Origin: Treponemataceae bacterium
Lineage (GTDB): Bacteria > Spirochaetota > Spirochaetia > Treponematales > Rectinemataceae
Length of the DNA stretch: 64,000 nucleotides
Reading direction: 5' to 3'
Assembly (NCBI GenBank): GCA_963678065.2
Contig: CAXXVZ010000005.1
Location: 384,001 to 448,000 of the forward strand
Made by a program: the position numbers and the translations under genes. The notes under the pieces are model-generated. The model did no database searches. It saw only the letters and a program-made list of their open reading frames with translations, and was not told where the DNA came from. Numbering within the stretch: the first letter of the stretch is position 1; every line of letters starts with the position of its first letter. Below, in pieces: positions 47,571 through 59,161 of this stretch.

Positions 47571-49613
47571 GTGAACGCCTGCATGGGAAAGATACTGACA
47601 GTCGATCTGTCCAAGGGGACAGTCACCGAATTCGCGGTCCCGGACAGACTCTATGAAGCCGTGCTCGGCGGCGTGGGACTCGCGGTGTCCCTGCTCTCGG
47701 AGATGATTCCGGCAGGTGCGGAGCCCCTCGGTCCGGACAATGTTCTCGGATTCATGAGCGGGCTTCTGACTGGCTCGGGATCCATGATGACGGGACGCTG
47801 GATGGCGGTCTGCAAGTCGCCATTGACGGGAGGATGGGGAGACGCGAACTGCGGCGGCACCCTCTCGCCCGCCATAAAGCAGTGTGGCTACGACGGCATT
47901 TTTTTCATGGGGAGGGCGGAGAAACCGGTCGCGTTCATCGTCGACGAGGCCGGCCCGCGACTCGTCGACGCGACCGGGCTGTGGGGAAAGGACGCTGTCG
48001 AAACAGAGGAAGCCATCAAAGCTGCCTGGACGGGAAAGAAAAAACCGGCCGTCGCGGCGATCGGTCCCGCGGCCGAGAAACTCTCCCTCATAAGCGGAAT
48101 ATCGAACGACGGCGGCAGATACGCGGCGCGCTCCGGCGTCGGCGCGGTCATGGGTTCCAAAAACCTCAAGGCCATGGCGCTCTCAGGTTCGCAGCGGATC
48201 TCCTGCGCGGATCCCGCCGGGGTCAAAGAGCTGTCGCGGCGATACACCGCGGCCGTGCAGAAACTGAAACTGCCCGCATTCGTGAAAGGCTCCTTCATGC
48301 CCCTTCTCGGGAAAGCTCTCGGCATGAAGATGGTTTTCCCCGTCGACGGAATGCTGAGCGCCGCCATCCTCCGCAAGTGGGGAACCATCTACAACAACAC
48401 GGCCGGAGTCGTGAACGGCGATTCCCCCCTCTCGAACTGGGCAGGCTCGGTGGCCGATTACGGCCGCGACAAGTACCGGCAGCTCAATCCCGACCACATC
48501 GTCAGGCGGGAGACAAAAAAATACCACTGCTACTCCTGCGTCATCGGCTGCGGGGGGGTATGCGACACCACCGGCCTCGGAACCGCGGCGAACCACACGC
48601 ACAAGCCCGAGTATGAAACAGTCTGCGCCTTCGGCGGACTCGTCGGGAACGACAATCTCGACGCGATATTCCTCTGCAACGACCTGTGCAACCGCGCGGG
48701 CCTCGACACGATATCCGCCGGGTCGACGATCGCCTTCGCGATCGAGTGCTACGAGAGAGGGGCGATAGGCGACGACGACACCGGTGGGCTTGTCCTGCGC
48801 AAGGGCGACCCCGAATGCGTCGTGAAGCTTCTCCGCCTGATGATCGCGCGGCAGGGAATAGGCGACATTCTCGCCGACGGCGTCGCCAGGGCGGCCGCGA
48901 GGATCGGCGGCGGGACGGAAAACTACGCGATACACTCCGGGGGCCAGGAACCGGGAATGCACGATTCGCGCTTCGATCCGATGATGGGAGTCTCGTATTC
49001 CGCCGACCCGACGCCCGGACGGCACACGATATCGGCCTCCGTCTACTACAATGTGGAGCGACTCTGGGAGAAGGTTCCCGATCTTCCCAAATGCGCCCGG
49101 CCCTATCCCAAATCCGAAGAGTACGAGGCCAGCGCGCGGGAAGCGCGGAAATCCGTCGCGGGAGCATGTTTCAAGCAGCTACTCGACGCGGCGGGAGGCT
49201 GCCTCTTCGCGGCGACGACCGGCCTGGACGCGTGGCCGCTGTTCGAATACCTCAACCTAGCGACAGGGCTCGTCATGAGCCCCGCGGAGTACATGGCTAT
49301 CGGCAGGCGCATCCAGACGATGCGCCAGGCTTTCAACCTCCGTCACGGCATAGATCCGGCGCGCTTCATCATGCACGACCGCATGGCCGGCCTGCCTCCG
49401 CTCGAAAGCGGCCCTCTGCGCGGGAAGGCCGTCCCGATCCGCGACATGGTCCGGGAATATTGGAGGGCTATCGGCTGGGACCCCGAGACGGGGGCGCCGG
49501 AAGCGGAAGTCATGGAGGCCATGGGCATCGGGAAAGTCGCAGCTCTGGCCGCGGAGGCTCTGACTTCGGGAAGAGTCGTCGCGCCGGCCACCGCGACCAC
49601 CGCGGTCTCCTAA
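47571..49613 (+). CDS. aor: Second aldehyde:ferredoxin oxidoreductase family enzyme
   Basis: GKILTVDLS, KSPLTGGWGDANCGG, AARSGVGAVMGSKNLKA, CYSCVIGC, KPEYET, GLDTIS, GCLF; start 47571 (GTG) or 47583 (ATG). Confidence 0.93.
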   Translation: MNACMGKILTVDLSKGTVTEFAVPDRLYEAVLGGVGLAVSLLSEMIPAGAEPLGPDNVLGFMSGLLTGSGSMMTGRWMAVCKSPLTGGWGDANCGGTLSPAIKQCGYDGIFFMGRAEKPVAFIVDEAGPRLVDATGLWGKDAVETEEAIKAAWTGKKKPAVAAIGPAAEKLSLISGISNDGGRYAARSGVGAVMGSKNLKAMALSGSQRISCADPAGVKELSRRYTAAVQKLKLPAFVKGSFMPLLGKALGMKMVFPVDGMLSAAILRKWGTIYNNTAGVVNGDSPLSNWAGSVADYGRDKYRQLNPDHIVRRETKKYHCYSCVIGCGGVCDTTGLGTAANHTHKPEYETVCAFGGLVGNDNLDAIFLCNDLCNRAGLDTISAGSTIAFAIECYERGAIGDDDTGGLVLRKGDPECVVKLLRLMIARQGIGDILADGVARAAARIGGGTENYAIHSGGQEPGMHDSRFDPMMGVSYSADPTPGRHTISASVYYNVERLWEKVPDLPKCARPYPKSEEYEASAREARKSVAGACFKQLLDAAGGCLFAATTGLDAWPLFEYLNLATGLVMSPAEYMAIGRRIQTMRQAFNLRHGIDPARFIMHDRMAGLPPLESGPLRGKAVPIRDMVREYWRAIGWDPETGAPEAEVMEAMGIGKVAALAAEALTSGRVVAPATATTAVS

Positions 49614-49731
49614 TCGCGCGGGCCCGAAGGCGCATCCTGACCATGCCTCCGGACGGTTTTCCGCTTCCGCCGGGCCCGGAGCTGCCCATCTCTTCCCTAA
49701 GCCGCATGGATATGCAATATTTCGTGGCACG

Positions 49732-51708
49732 ATGAAAACATTCCGGGAAATACTGGCCGAAGGCTCGGCCCTTCTCTTCGACGGCGCGACGGGGACAGAA
49801 CTCTACAAGCGCGGCATCTTCATAAACCGCTGTTTTGAAGAGGCGAATCTCACGAACCGCGCCATGATCCTCGACCTGCACAGAGAGTACGCGGCGGCGG
49901 GCGCCGATGCCCTGTCCACGAACAGCTGGGGAGCCGGCTACTACAAACTCAAAGGGCACAACCTCCAGAACGATGTGTACAGGATCAATTTCGAGGCGGC
50001 GAAGATCGCCGTGCAGGCAGCCCGGGAGGCCGGGGAGAATGTCGCCCAGGGCAGGAAGTGGATAGCGGGCTCCGTCGGGCCCCTGGGCGTCCGGATGGAA
50101 CCCTTCGGGGCGATACGGGGAGAAGAGGCTTTCGCGGCCTACCGGGAACAGATTCGGGGACTCGCCGAAGGCGGCGTCGATCTCATTCTCCTCGAGACAT
50201 TCGCCGATATCGCGGAGGCCCAAGAGGCCATGAGGGCGGCCCGCGCCGTTGCTCCTGCCCTTCCTGTCTTTGTCTGTCTGACGCTGGACCTTTCGGGGAA
50301 GCTCGCCCTCGGTCCCTCCCTCGAGGAGGCGATGGGCCGGCTCGTGGCAGACGGCGCGGACGCGGTCGGGCTCAACTGTTCGGTCGGACCCCAGCCGATG
50401 CTCTCCGCCATCAAGAGAGTCAGGGAACTCGTCGACCTTCCCGTCATCGTGCAGCCGAACGCGGGGCTCCCGAAGGAAGTCGACGGGCGGACGATCTACA
50501 TGTCGACGCCCGAGTATTTCGCGCAGTACACGAAGTACTTCCTCCAGGAAGGCGTCAGATTCGTGGGGGGCTGCTGCGGAACGTCGCCTGAGCATACGCG
50601 GGCCATGGCCCAGACCATGCGCCAGTTCCGGGCGATGAGCCAGGACAGAAACGCGGACAGACTCGGCGGAGACGGCGCCGCGGATACGGTGCAGGCCGGG
50701 TCCCGCCTCGCGGCGCGGCCGGTGTCACATGGCCCGACCTCCGCGCGGGAAACCGCGGCCACGGGGACTGCGGGCGCAAAGAAGAGCCCCGAGCCCGCGG
50801 CGCAGCGCCTCCCCTTCGCAGAGAAGTCGAACTGGGCGGCGAAGCTCGCGCGCGGCGAAAAAGTCTACACCATCGAGCTTCTGCCGCCATCGGGCATCGC
50901 CCCGGACAAGCTCCTCGAGAACGCGCGGCAGGTGAAAGCCGCCGGCATCGACGCGATCAACATTCCGGACGGGCCGCGCGCGAGTTCGCGCATGAGCACG
51001 ATCGTGACCGCCATCATGATCGAGCAGAGGGTCGGCATCGAGACAATCCTCCATTATACCTGCCGCGACAGGAATCTCATCGGCATGCAGTCCGACATGC
51101 TCGGCGCGCACGCGATAGGACTCAGAAACATCCTCCTCATCACGGGCGACCCGCCGAAGATGGGCGACTACCCGAACGCCACCGGCGTCTTCGACATCGA
51201 CGCAATCGGTCTGACAAGAATGGTCCACCGCCTCAACGGCGGCGTCGACATCGGAGGAAGGCCCATCGGCGCGCCGACAGCCCTGTCGAACGGAGTCGGG
51301 GTGAATCCCGTCCACCGCGATTTCGACTACGAGATGGAGCGATTCCTGAAAAAGGTCGAGGCGGGGGCCGAGTGGGCGATAACCCAGCCTGTCTTCGACA
51401 TAGGCGCCATGGAGAAATTCCTCTCGTTCTTGGTCAGGCACAATCTGAAGATTCCGATCGTCATGGGCATCTGGCCGCTCACGAGCCTGCGGAACGCGCA
51501 ATTCATGAACAACGAGGTGCCCGGCATCGAGATTCCGGAATCGACGCTTGCGCGGATGGCGCGGGCATGCTCCCCGCAGGAGGCGCGCGACGAGGGGGTC
51601 GCGATCGCGCGCGAGCTCTGCGAAGCCCTGACGGGCTCGATACAGGGCGTCCAGCTCTCCGCCCCCTTCGGGCGCATCGATCTCGCCCTCAGGGTAATCG
51701 GGAAATAG
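49732..51708 (+). CDS. yitJ: Bifunctional homocysteine S-methyltransferase / 5,10-methylenetetrahydrofolate reductase
   Basis: N-terminal DGATGT, GLNC, PNAGLP, GGCCGT; C-terminal [27 protein letters not shown]. Confidence 0.92.
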   Translation: MKTFREILAEGSALLFDGATGTELYKRGIFINRCFEEANLTNRAMILDLHREYAAAGADALSTNSWGAGYYKLKGHNLQNDVYRINFEAAKIAVQAAREAGENVAQGRKWIAGSVGPLGVRMEPFGAIRGEEAFAAYREQIRGLAEGGVDLILLETFADIAEAQEAMRAARAVAPALPVFVCLTLDLSGKLALGPSLEEAMGRLVADGADAVGLNCSVGPQPMLSAIKRVRELVDLPVIVQPNAGLPKEVDGRTIYMSTPEYFAQYTKYFLQEGVRFVGGCCGTSPEHTRAMAQTMRQFRAMSQDRNADRLGGDGAADTVQAGSRLAARPVSHGPTSARETAATGTAGAKKSPEPAAQRLPFAEKSNWAAKLARGEKVYTIELLPPSGIAPDKLLENARQVKAAGIDAINIPDGPRASSRMSTIVTAIMIEQRVGIETILHYTCRDRNLIGMQSDMLGAHAIGLRNILLITGDPPKMGDYPNATGVFDIDAIGLTRMVHRLNGGVDIGGRPIGAPTALSNGVGVNPVHRDFDYEMERFLKKVEAGAEWAITQPVFDIGAMEKFLSFLVRHNLKIPIVMGIWPLTSLRNAQFMNNEVPGIEIPESTLARMARACSPQEARDEGVAIARELCEALTGSIQGVQLSAPFGRIDLALRVIGK

Positions 51709-51719
51709 GGGGAAGGACA

Positions 51720-54700
51720 GTGGAAAAATCGCCGCGTTTCCTCCTCCTCGAAAAGCTGCTGGCGGAGCGCATCCTCATCCTGGACGGAGCGATGGGGACC
51801 ATGATCCAGGGCTACGGTCTCTCCGAATCAGACTTCCGGGGAGAGGAATTCGCGTCGCACCCTTCGCCGCTGGCCGGAAACAACGATCTTCTGAACCTGA
51901 CGAGGCCCGACATCATACGCACGATCCACGCGGCCTACCTCGAGGCGGGCGCCGACATCGTCGAGACGAATACTTTCAACGCGAACGCGATCAGTCAGGC
52001 CGACTACGGCCTGTCAGGACGCGCGGGAGAAATCGCGCGCGCGGGTGCGCGGCTGGCCAGGGCAGAGTGCGACGCGGCCGAGGCGGCCGAACCTTCCCGC
52101 CCCCGCTTCGTCGCCGGTTCCATCGGCCCGACGAACAAGACTCTCTCCATGTCTCCCGATGTCGGTGATCCGGGATACAGGGCCATCTCCTTCGATGAAT
52201 TGGCCGCCGCGTACGGGGAATCGGTGCGCGGACTCGTCGATGGCGGAGCCGACATTCTCCTCGTCGAGACTGTCTTCGACACGCTGAACGCCAAGGCCGC
52301 GCTCTGGGCCATCAGCTCGGTTTTCGAAGAAAGGGGTACGGAGCTGCCTGTCATGATCTCCGGCACGATCACCGACGCGGCGGGAAGGACACTCTCGGGG
52401 CAGACCGCCCTCGCCTTCTGGCACTCGCTGCGCCACGCGAGGCCGATTTCGATCGGCTTCAACTGCTCCCTCGGGGCGAAGGACCTCATCCGGCACGCGG
52501 AGGAAGTGGGGCGGGTCGCGGATTGCGCCCTCAGCCTACACCCGAACGCGGGCATGCCCAACGAGTTCGGGCAGTACGACGATACGCCGGAGAATATGGC
52601 GAAGGTGCTCGGAGCCTTCGCTTTGAAGTCTGGCGTCAACATCGTCGGCGGCTGCTGCGGCACCAGGCCTGAACACATCCGCGCCATCGCCGCGGCTCTC
52701 GCGGGCCTCGAGCCGAGAAAAATTCCGCCGCGCACGGCGGCACAAACCTGCCTCGCCGGCCTCGAAGCTCTCGTGATCACGAAGGACAGCCTCTTCGTCA
52801 ACGTGGGAGAGCGCGCAAACGTGGCCGGCTCGCGGAAGTTCGCCCGCCTGATCCGGGACGGAAAGTACGCCCAGGCTCTGGAGATCGCCCGCGCCCAGGT
52901 CGAGGCCGGAGCCCAGGCCATCGACGTGAACATGGACGAGGCCCTCATCGACTCGGAGCGGGAGATGGGGCGCTTCCTCGACCTCGTCGCCTCGGAGCCC
53001 GACATCGCGCGGGTCCCGGTCATGATCGACTCGTCGAAGTGGGAGACCATCGTGACGGGCCTGAAACGTCTCCAGGGGAAGGGACTCGTCAACTCGATCA
53101 GCCTGAAGGAGGGCGAGGCCGAGTTCCTCAGACAGGCCGGGATCGTCAGGAGGCTCGGGGCCGCCGCCGTCGTCATGGCCTTCGACGAGAGGGGCCAGGC
53201 CGACAGCCTGGAGCGCAAAGTCGCGATCTGCTCCCGCGCCTACCGGCTTCTCGTGGAAAAAGCGGATTTCGCGCCCGAAGACATCATCCTCGATCCGAAT
53301 ATCTTCGCCATCGGAACGGGGATCGACGAGCACAGGAACTACGCCCTCGACTACATGGAAGCGGCGTCCTGGATCAAGAAAAACCTTCCCGGCGCCCTCG
53401 TTTCCGGCGGTGTCTCCAATGTCTCCTTCTCGTTCCGGGGCAACGAGCGGCTCCGCTCGGCGATCCACGCGGTATTCCTGTACCACGCGAAGAAGGCCGG
53501 GATGGACATCGGGATCGTCAACCCCGAACAGCTCGTCCCCTACGAGGAAATTCCTTCCGAAGCGCGGGAGCGGATCGAGGATCTCGTGCTCAACCGGCGC
53601 CCCGACGCCACGGAGCGCCTCGTCGAAATCGCCGGAACTTTTTCCGGGAACCAGGCGGAGGGCGACGGGGACCCCGCCTGGCGCCAGCTCCCCGTCAGGG
53701 ATCGCATCGCTCATTCTCTCGTCAAGGGACTCTCCCTCCACATCGCGCGCGATATCGAGGAAATCCGCCCGAGCCTTTCGCGCGCGATCGACGTGATCGA
53801 AGGCCCCCTCATGGAGGGGATGAACCTCGTCGGAAAGCTCTTCGGAGAGGGGAAGATGTTCCTTCCCCAGGTGGTCAAGAGCGCCCGCGTCATGAAAGAG
53901 GCTGTGGCGACGCTTTTGCCCTACATCGAGGCGGAGAAAGCCGAGGGCGGCTCGAGCCGGGGGCGCATGGTCATCGCTACCGTGAAGGGCGACGTCCACG
54001 ATATCGGAAAGAACATCGTTTCGGTCATCCTTTCCTGCAACAACTACGAGGTGATCGACCTCGGTGTCATGGTGAGCGCCGAGACGATTCTCGACACGGC
54101 CGCGGCCCACAATGCCGACCTGATCGGGCTCTCCGGCCTCATCACTCCCTCGCTCGAGGAGATGACACGGGTTGCGGCGATGATGGAGGAGCGCGGAATG
54201 ACGATTCCCCTCCTCATAGGCGGCGCGACGACCAATCCCATGCACACATCCACGCGGATCGCCCCCGAGTACTCCGGCCCCGTCGTCCATGTCGGAGACG
54301 CGTCGCTCGCCCCGGGCGTGATGGAGAAGCTCCTGAACCCCGGCCGGCCAGGATCGGGGCGGACAGGAACCGGGGCTGGGCAGGCAGAGGGGCAAAGCTA
54401 CCTGGACGAACTCGCGGCCATGCACGAGAGGAACCGCGAGATCCAGCGAAAAAAGCGCGAGACGACAGTCTATGTCGGCCTGCCGGAGGCGAGGCGGCTC
54501 GCGTTCCGCCCCGAGACCAGCGAGTACCGCCCCGAGGCTCCGGCGTATCCCGGCCCTGAAACCGTAGGGTATGGCATTCCGGAACTCATTCCGTACATCG
54601 ACTGGAGCTACTTCTTCCTCGCCTGGGAGATGAAGGGCAGATATCCGGCGATCCTCGACGATCCCTCGTCGGGCCATGAGGCCCGGAAGCTGCTCGTTGA

Positions 54701-55448
54701 CGCGAAATTCATGCTCGCCCGCGCCGAAAAGGAAAGCCTTCTCGGCATCGCGGGAGCCTACGGCGTTTTCCCCGCCGCGCGCGAGGACGACGACATACTG
54801 ATTTATTCCGATGAAAACAGGCGGGCCATCCGCGCCAGGCTGCCCTGCCTCCGCCAGCAGAGGAAAAAGGAAGACGGAGGATACCTCTGCCTGGCCGATT
54901 ACCTCCAGGATGCCGCGAAAGGCGCGCCGGACTGGATCGGAGCCTTCGCGGTCACGGCGGGGACGGGCCTGCGCGAACATGCGGGGCGGTTTTCCGGATC
55001 CGGCGATGAGTACAGCGCCATACTTCTCAAAATCCTCGCGGACAGGCTCGCGGAGGCGGCGGCCGAAAAGCTCCACGAGGAAGTCAGGAAGTGGCGTTGG
55101 GGCTACGCCAGCGACGAAAACCTGGAAACCGGCGCGCTCATCAAAGGAGCATACCGGGGGATCCGTCCCGCCCCAGGTTATCCGCCCTGCCCCGATCATC
55201 GGGAAAAACGCGCGATTTTCGAGCTGCTCGGGGCCCGCGAACGGACTGGCATCGAGCTCACCGAGTCCTGCATGATGAGCCCCGCCGCATCGGTCTCGGG
55301 CTGGTATTTCAGCCACCCCGAGTCGAAGTATTTCGCCGTCGGAAGGATCGGCCGGGATCAGGCTGCGGATTTCGCCTCGCGGCGCCGCGAGGATCAGACC
55401 GAGACCGAGCGCTGGCTCCGGAACGAGCTCAATTACGGGCTGGAGTGA
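51720..55448 (+). CDS. metH: Cobalamin-dependent methionine synthase (full length)
   Basis: [35 protein letters not shown]12 motif [14 protein letters not shown], activation domain [12 protein letters not shown] start after RBS. Confidence 0.97.
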   Translation: MEKSPRFLLLEKLLAERILILDGAMGTMIQGYGLSESDFRGEEFASHPSPLAGNNDLLNLTRPDIIRTIHAAYLEAGADIVETNTFNANAISQADYGLSGRAGEIARAGARLARAECDAAEAAEPSRPRFVAGSIGPTNKTLSMSPDVGDPGYRAISFDELAAAYGESVRGLVDGGADILLVETVFDTLNAKAALWAISSVFEERGTELPVMISGTITDAAGRTLSGQTALAFWHSLRHARPISIGFNCSLGAKDLIRHAEEVGRVADCALSLHPNAGMPNEFGQYDDTPENMAKVLGAFALKSGVNIVGGCCGTRPEHIRAIAAALAGLEPRKIPPRTAAQTCLAGLEALVITKDSLFVNVGERANVAGSRKFARLIRDGKYAQALEIARAQVEAGAQAIDVNMDEALIDSEREMGRFLDLVASEPDIARVPVMIDSSKWETIVTGLKRLQGKGLVNSISLKEGEAEFLRQAGIVRRLGAAAVVMAFDERGQADSLERKVAICSRAYRLLVEKADFAPEDIILDPNIFAIGTGIDEHRNYALDYMEAASWIKKNLPGALVSGGVSNVSFSFRGNERLRSAIHAVFLYHAKKAGMDIGIVNPEQLVPYEEIPSEARERIEDLVLNRRPDATERLVEIAGTFSGNQAEGDGDPAWRQLPVRDRIAHSLVKGLSLHIARDIEEIRPSLSRAIDVIEGPLMEGMNLVGKLFGEGKMFLPQVVKSARVMKEAVATLLPYIEAEKAEGGSSRGRMVIATVKGDVHDIGKNIVSVILSCNNYEVIDLGVMVSAETILDTAAAHNADLIGLSGLITPSLEEMTRVAAMMEERGMTIPLLIGGATTNPMHTSTRIAPEYSGPVVHVGDASLAPGVMEKLLNPGRPGSGRTGTGAGQAEGQSYLDELAAMHERNREIQRKKRETTVYVGLPEARRLAFRPETSEYRPEAPAYPGPETVGYGIPELIPYIDWSYFFLAWEMKGRYPAILDDPSSGHEARKLLVDAKFMLARAEKESLLGIAGAYGVFPAAREDDDILIYSDENRRAIRARLPCLRQQRKKEDGGYLCLADYLQDAAKGAPDWIGAFAVTAGTGLREHAGRFSGSGDEYSAILLKILADRLAEAAAEKLHEEVRKWRWGYASDENLETGALIKGAYRGIRPAPGYPPCPDHREKRAIFELLGARERTGIELTESCMMSPAASVSGWYFSHPESKYFAVGRIGRDQAADFASRRREDQTETERWLRNELNYGLE

Positions 55449-55549
55449 GGCTTTGCGCGGCTCACCGCCCGACTGGCTTCGCGGCCGGACTGGCGGGCCC
55501 GATGTACTGACTTGTTAATGGATTCTCCTTATTCTATTATCGGTGAACT

Positions 55550-57727
55550 GTGATTCCCGAAAGCCGAGTCGGTATACGGCCTGAACTTGACAGGCTGTAC
55601 GACGAATCCTATGGACTCCTCGGAACGGATCCCCGCAAGGCGGTGTCCGTGGCGGACGAGCTTTTCAGCAAGTCCGCCGCCGCGGGTTACGCGAGGGGCA
55701 TGGCTTTGTCCCGATACACTGCCGGGTTCGCGCATTTCAACCTGGGCGACTATTCCCGCGCCATCGAGATATACACCGAAGGCGATTCCATCGCGTCCGC
55801 CTCCGGGCTCGAGGATGTCGCCATCAAGTTCCGGAATGGGTTCGGAGTTGTCTATTTTCACCTTGGCCGCCTCAAGGATTCGATCGAACAGTACAAGGCG
55901 GGACTCGAATCGGCCAGGCGGCTCGGGCTGAAACGCGATCTCGGCAACCTGCTCATCAATCTGAGCATCAATTATCTGAAGGTCGGGAATGTTCCTCAGG
56001 CCCTCGAACTGCTCGATGAAGCGAGGATCATCGCCAAATCGTACAAATCTGATTTATTTACACTATATACATACTTCAATTACGCCGAGGCACTTCAGCG
56101 TGCCGGAAAAACGGCAGAGGCCGAGGTGGCATTCTCTCTCTGCCTCGATCTCGCCGTCAAAAACGGCAGATCGATAAACCAGGTCGAGACTCTCGTCAGG
56201 CTGGGAGCGATCAGAGCCTCCCGGGGCGACGAAGCGAAAGGCCTCGCGATGATCGGCGAGGCCCTTGCCATCGGAGAGAAGGCCGGATATCTGCGCGAGA
56301 CTGTCGAAGCCTTGCTGGCCGCCGCGGCGATCAAGAGCAGACTCGGGCAGGCGGAAAGGGCGCAAAGGCTCTCGGCCAGAGCGGTGGAGATAGCCGAATC
56401 CCGCTCGATCATTTCCCTCCTGCCCGAAGCCCTGGAGTCGCGCGCCGCCGCGGAGAGCGCATCGGGTCGCCACGAAGAAGCGTACAAGTCGATTCTGCGA
56501 TCGGCGGAGGTCAGACGGACGCAGCAGGCGGTCGAGAGCAGCCGACTCATGGCCGAGCTGGAAACCGTCTATCGACTCGAAGCGGTGAAGAAGGAAGCCC
56601 AGCTCGAACGACAGCAGCGCGAAAGCTTCCAGTCGGCGAACGAGAGGCTCGCCCTCGTCACGCGCATCGGCAAAAGTCTCGCCGCCAGCCTGAAACCGAT
56701 CGAAATACTGACACGCCTCTGGGAAGGGCTTTCCCCTGCGGTCGATATGAGCGCACTCGGCCTCGGAATACTCGCTTCCGATTCGCGCGTCATCGAATTC
56801 TCGTCGTGGATCGAGAATGGCAGCTATGTCGCGCCGGGCGCGATACCGATCGGAAACGAAGCGAGTTTCGCGGCGCGCTGCGTACGCGAGGGAAAGCTGC
56901 TCTATTTCCGCGCCGCCTCCGAATGGGAAGCGGCTCTGAACGGCAAAGTGCCATTCCGTCTCAGAGAGTACGGGAACCCGGAATCCCTGCTCTATCTGCC
57001 GCTCGCCAGGGATGACAAGGTGATGGGGGTCATGAGTCTCCAGAGCCAGAAGCGCGATGCGTACCCGCCCGACGAGATCGAGATGATCGCCGCAATTTCC
57101 GCCTTCGCGTGCATCGCGGCGGACAATTCGGTCATTCTCGCGAAGCTCGACGCGATCAACCGCGTAGTCCAGGACGAAAAAGAAGCCATCGAGAAGGTCG
57201 CCCTCCACAATTCATGGAAGGCCGAACACGACACGCTCACCGGCCTGCCCAACAGGGTCCTCCTCGACAAGATGCTCGAAGGATTATCCACCTCCCACGC
57301 CGAAGAGAGTCTCATCGGGATAATCTATCTCGACCTCGACGGCTTCAAGGATGTGAATGACCGCTATGGCCACGATGCAGGGGACAGAACCCTGATCCAG
57401 GTTGCCGAAAGACTGAAGGCGGTGCTCAGGTCGGGCGACCACATCGCCCGCATCGGCGGGGACGAGTTCGTCGTCGTCGCGCCGGGGATCAAATCCCGCC
57501 AGAACCTGCCGCGGATCATGGAAAAACTCGCTGAAGGTTTTTCCGAACCCATAAGACTGGATGAAGGCGACATGGATATACGGTTTTCGGCAGGCGTCGC
57601 CTTGTTCCCGCTTGACGGGCGCGAATTCAAGGATCTCATCCGCTACGCCGACGAAGCGATGTATCGGGTGAAACGGGGCTCGAAGAACGGCTGGAGTTTC
57701 TGGTCGGATTCCGACTGCGCGGAATGA
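55550..57727 (+). CDS. TPR-GAF-GGDEF diguanylate cyclase
   Basis: Multiple TPR helices, GAF (SLLYLPL..GVMSLQS..AY), HDTLTGLPNR, RSGD I-site, RIGGDEF. Confidence 0.92.
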   Translation: MIPESRVGIRPELDRLYDESYGLLGTDPRKAVSVADELFSKSAAAGYARGMALSRYTAGFAHFNLGDYSRAIEIYTEGDSIASASGLEDVAIKFRNGFGVVYFHLGRLKDSIEQYKAGLESARRLGLKRDLGNLLINLSINYLKVGNVPQALELLDEARIIAKSYKSDLFTLYTYFNYAEALQRAGKTAEAEVAFSLCLDLAVKNGRSINQVETLVRLGAIRASRGDEAKGLAMIGEALAIGEKAGYLRETVEALLAAAAIKSRLGQAERAQRLSARAVEIAESRSIISLLPEALESRAAAESASGRHEEAYKSILRSAEVRRTQQAVESSRLMAELETVYRLEAVKKEAQLERQQRESFQSANERLALVTRIGKSLAASLKPIEILTRLWEGLSPAVDMSALGLGILASDSRVIEFSSWIENGSYVAPGAIPIGNEASFAARCVREGKLLYFRAASEWEAALNGKVPFRLREYGNPESLLYLPLARDDKVMGVMSLQSQKRDAYPPDEIEMIAAISAFACIAADNSVILAKLDAINRVVQDEKEAIEKVALHNSWKAEHDTLTGLPNRVLLDKMLEGLSTSHAEESLIGIIYLDLDGFKDVNDRYGHDAGDRTLIQVAERLKAVLRSGDHIARIGGDEFVVVAPGIKSRQNLPRIMEKLAEGFSEPIRLDEGDMDIRFSAGVALFPLDGREFKDLIRYADEAMYRVKRGSKNGWSFWSDSDCAE

Positions 57728-57837
57728 ACGAGCCCCGCAGCAGCTTCGAGGTGTGGACCCGCATGCGAATCGAAGTGACTCGCCGAAGATACTCGAGCCG
57801 ATACATCGCGCAGATGCGGCGTTGACAGGGGGTTTTC

Positions 57838-58611
57838 ATGTCCATCGCTGTTTTGATCGCGCTGCAGGCGGAGGCGACTGCGATACTCGCCGATGCCCGC
57901 TTCGGGTGGACGAGGGGCGCGGATGACGTCTACCGCTCCACGACGACGGGCGAGCAGGTGAGCCTCGTTCTCACCGGGGTCGGCAAGGTGAACGCGACCT
58001 GGGGTCTCGCCCGCGCCTATTTCAGCCCTGCCGGCGGCCCCACCGCCGAGGGCGGGCGGAGCGACGGAAGGCCACGCGACGCAAAGCCCGGGAACGGTAT
58101 CTTCCCCCGACTCGTCCTCTCGCTCGGCACCTCGGGAGCCCTCGACGCGACTCCGGTCGGAACGATGGTCCTCTGCGATGAATTCGTCGAGCACGACATG
58201 GATGTGACAGTCTTCGGATACCCGGCCGGTGTGACTCCAAGATCGCTCTCCCCCGACCCCGTCTACCGTCCCGCCGACCCCACGGAGGTCTCGGAAATCA
58301 GAGTCAGACTGAGCGAGGCGGGAATCCCGACGATCCCCGGGCGGGAACTCTCGGGCGACCTGTTCTTGGGCGACGCGGTTCTGGCCGAACAGAAACGCGC
58401 TCTCTTCGGCGGAGGGGGAGCTGTCCTCATCGACATGGAGTGCGCGGCCGCCGCGAAAATCTGCGCCACCGCGATCAAGACACCCTATCTGGCCCTCAGG
58501 TATGTGAGCGACAACGCCGATCACAAGGCCGGGACGAGCTGGGACGCGGAAGTCGGGAAAGCCGCGGTTCTTTTTGACAAAATCCTGAATATTCTGGTCT
58601 TCAACCCTTAG
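57838..58611 (+). CDS. mtnN: 5'-methylthioadenosine/S-adenosylhomocysteine nucleosidase
   Basis: TGVGKVNA, GTSGAL, EHDMDVT.FGY..G, SGDLF, DMECAA, RYVSDNAD. Confidence 0.85.
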   Translation: MSIAVLIALQAEATAILADARFGWTRGADDVYRSTTTGEQVSLVLTGVGKVNATWGLARAYFSPAGGPTAEGGRSDGRPRDAKPGNGIFPRLVLSLGTSGALDATPVGTMVLCDEFVEHDMDVTVFGYPAGVTPRSLSPDPVYRPADPTEVSEIRVRLSEAGIPTIPGRELSGDLFLGDAVLAEQKRALFGGGGAVLIDMECAAAAKICATAIKTPYLALRYVSDNADHKAGTSWDAEVGKAAVLFDKILNILVFNP

Positions 58612-58652
58612 ATCCGGGCCATCCAGTTCGGGCGGAAGCCCGGCAAGACCGG

Positions 58653-59105
58653 TCAGAGCGCCGCCAGGATCTCCTCGGCATGCCGGACGGGCTTCACCTT
58701 CGGGAAAATCTTCTTGATTTTCCCATCCGGCCCGACGATCACGGTGGAGCGGATGACGCCCTCGTACTTCCTTCCGTACATCGACTTCTCGCCCCAGGCT
58801 CCGTAGGCCGAAAGGACAGCGTGCTCAGGGTCCGCGAGGAGAATGAAGGGCAGTCTGTACTTCGACCTGAACTTCCCGTGGGCGGCAGTCTTGTCGGGGC
58901 TCAGGCCGATCACTACCGCGCCCTTCTCGAGGAAGCGGTCGAAGGCGTCGCGGAAGCCACAGGCTTCTTTTGTGCAGCCGGGGGTATCATCCCGGGGATA
59001 GAAATACAGGACAACAGTCTTGCCGGCAAAATCCGAGAGACTCACAGTCCCCTCCGAATCCGACTCGAGAGAAAAAGCGGGCGCGGGCATTCCTACTTCA
59101 AGCAT
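58653..59105 (-). CDS. bcp: Thioredoxin-dependent peroxiredoxin (BCP)
   Basis: YFYPRDDTPGCTKEACGFRD, RST. Confidence 0.95.
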   Translation of the reverse strand: MLEVGMPAPAFSLESDSEGTVSLSDFAGKTVVLYFYPRDDTPGCTKEACGFRDAFDRFLEKGAVVIGLSPDKTAAHGKFRSKYRLPFILLADPEHAVLSAYGAWGEKSMYGRKYEGVIRSTVIVGPDGKIKKIFPKVKPVRHAEEILAAL

Positions 59106-59161
59106 CGGGATCCTCCATCAGTGCCCTGTAAGGTACTGGTTTCGGAGGCGGTCGCACAGTT

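Noticed and set aside
49614..49731. SAM or cobalamin riboswitch upstream of yitJ-metH
   Set aside because: Only about 118 bp; no SAM-I core or B12-box consensus recognised
52536..55316. Long antisense ORFs (e.g. 926 aa here; also 16053-18470, 21852-23687, 26730-28268, 45379-46926)
   Set aside because: Shadow frames of well-supported genes, expected in GC-rich DNA; no family motifs
57724..57825. 33-aa ORF (MNEPRSSFEV...) overlapping the GGDEF stop, and a 12-bp inverted match between about 57656 and 57798
   Set aside because: No recognisable motif; a short ORF and a 12-bp match can arise by chance
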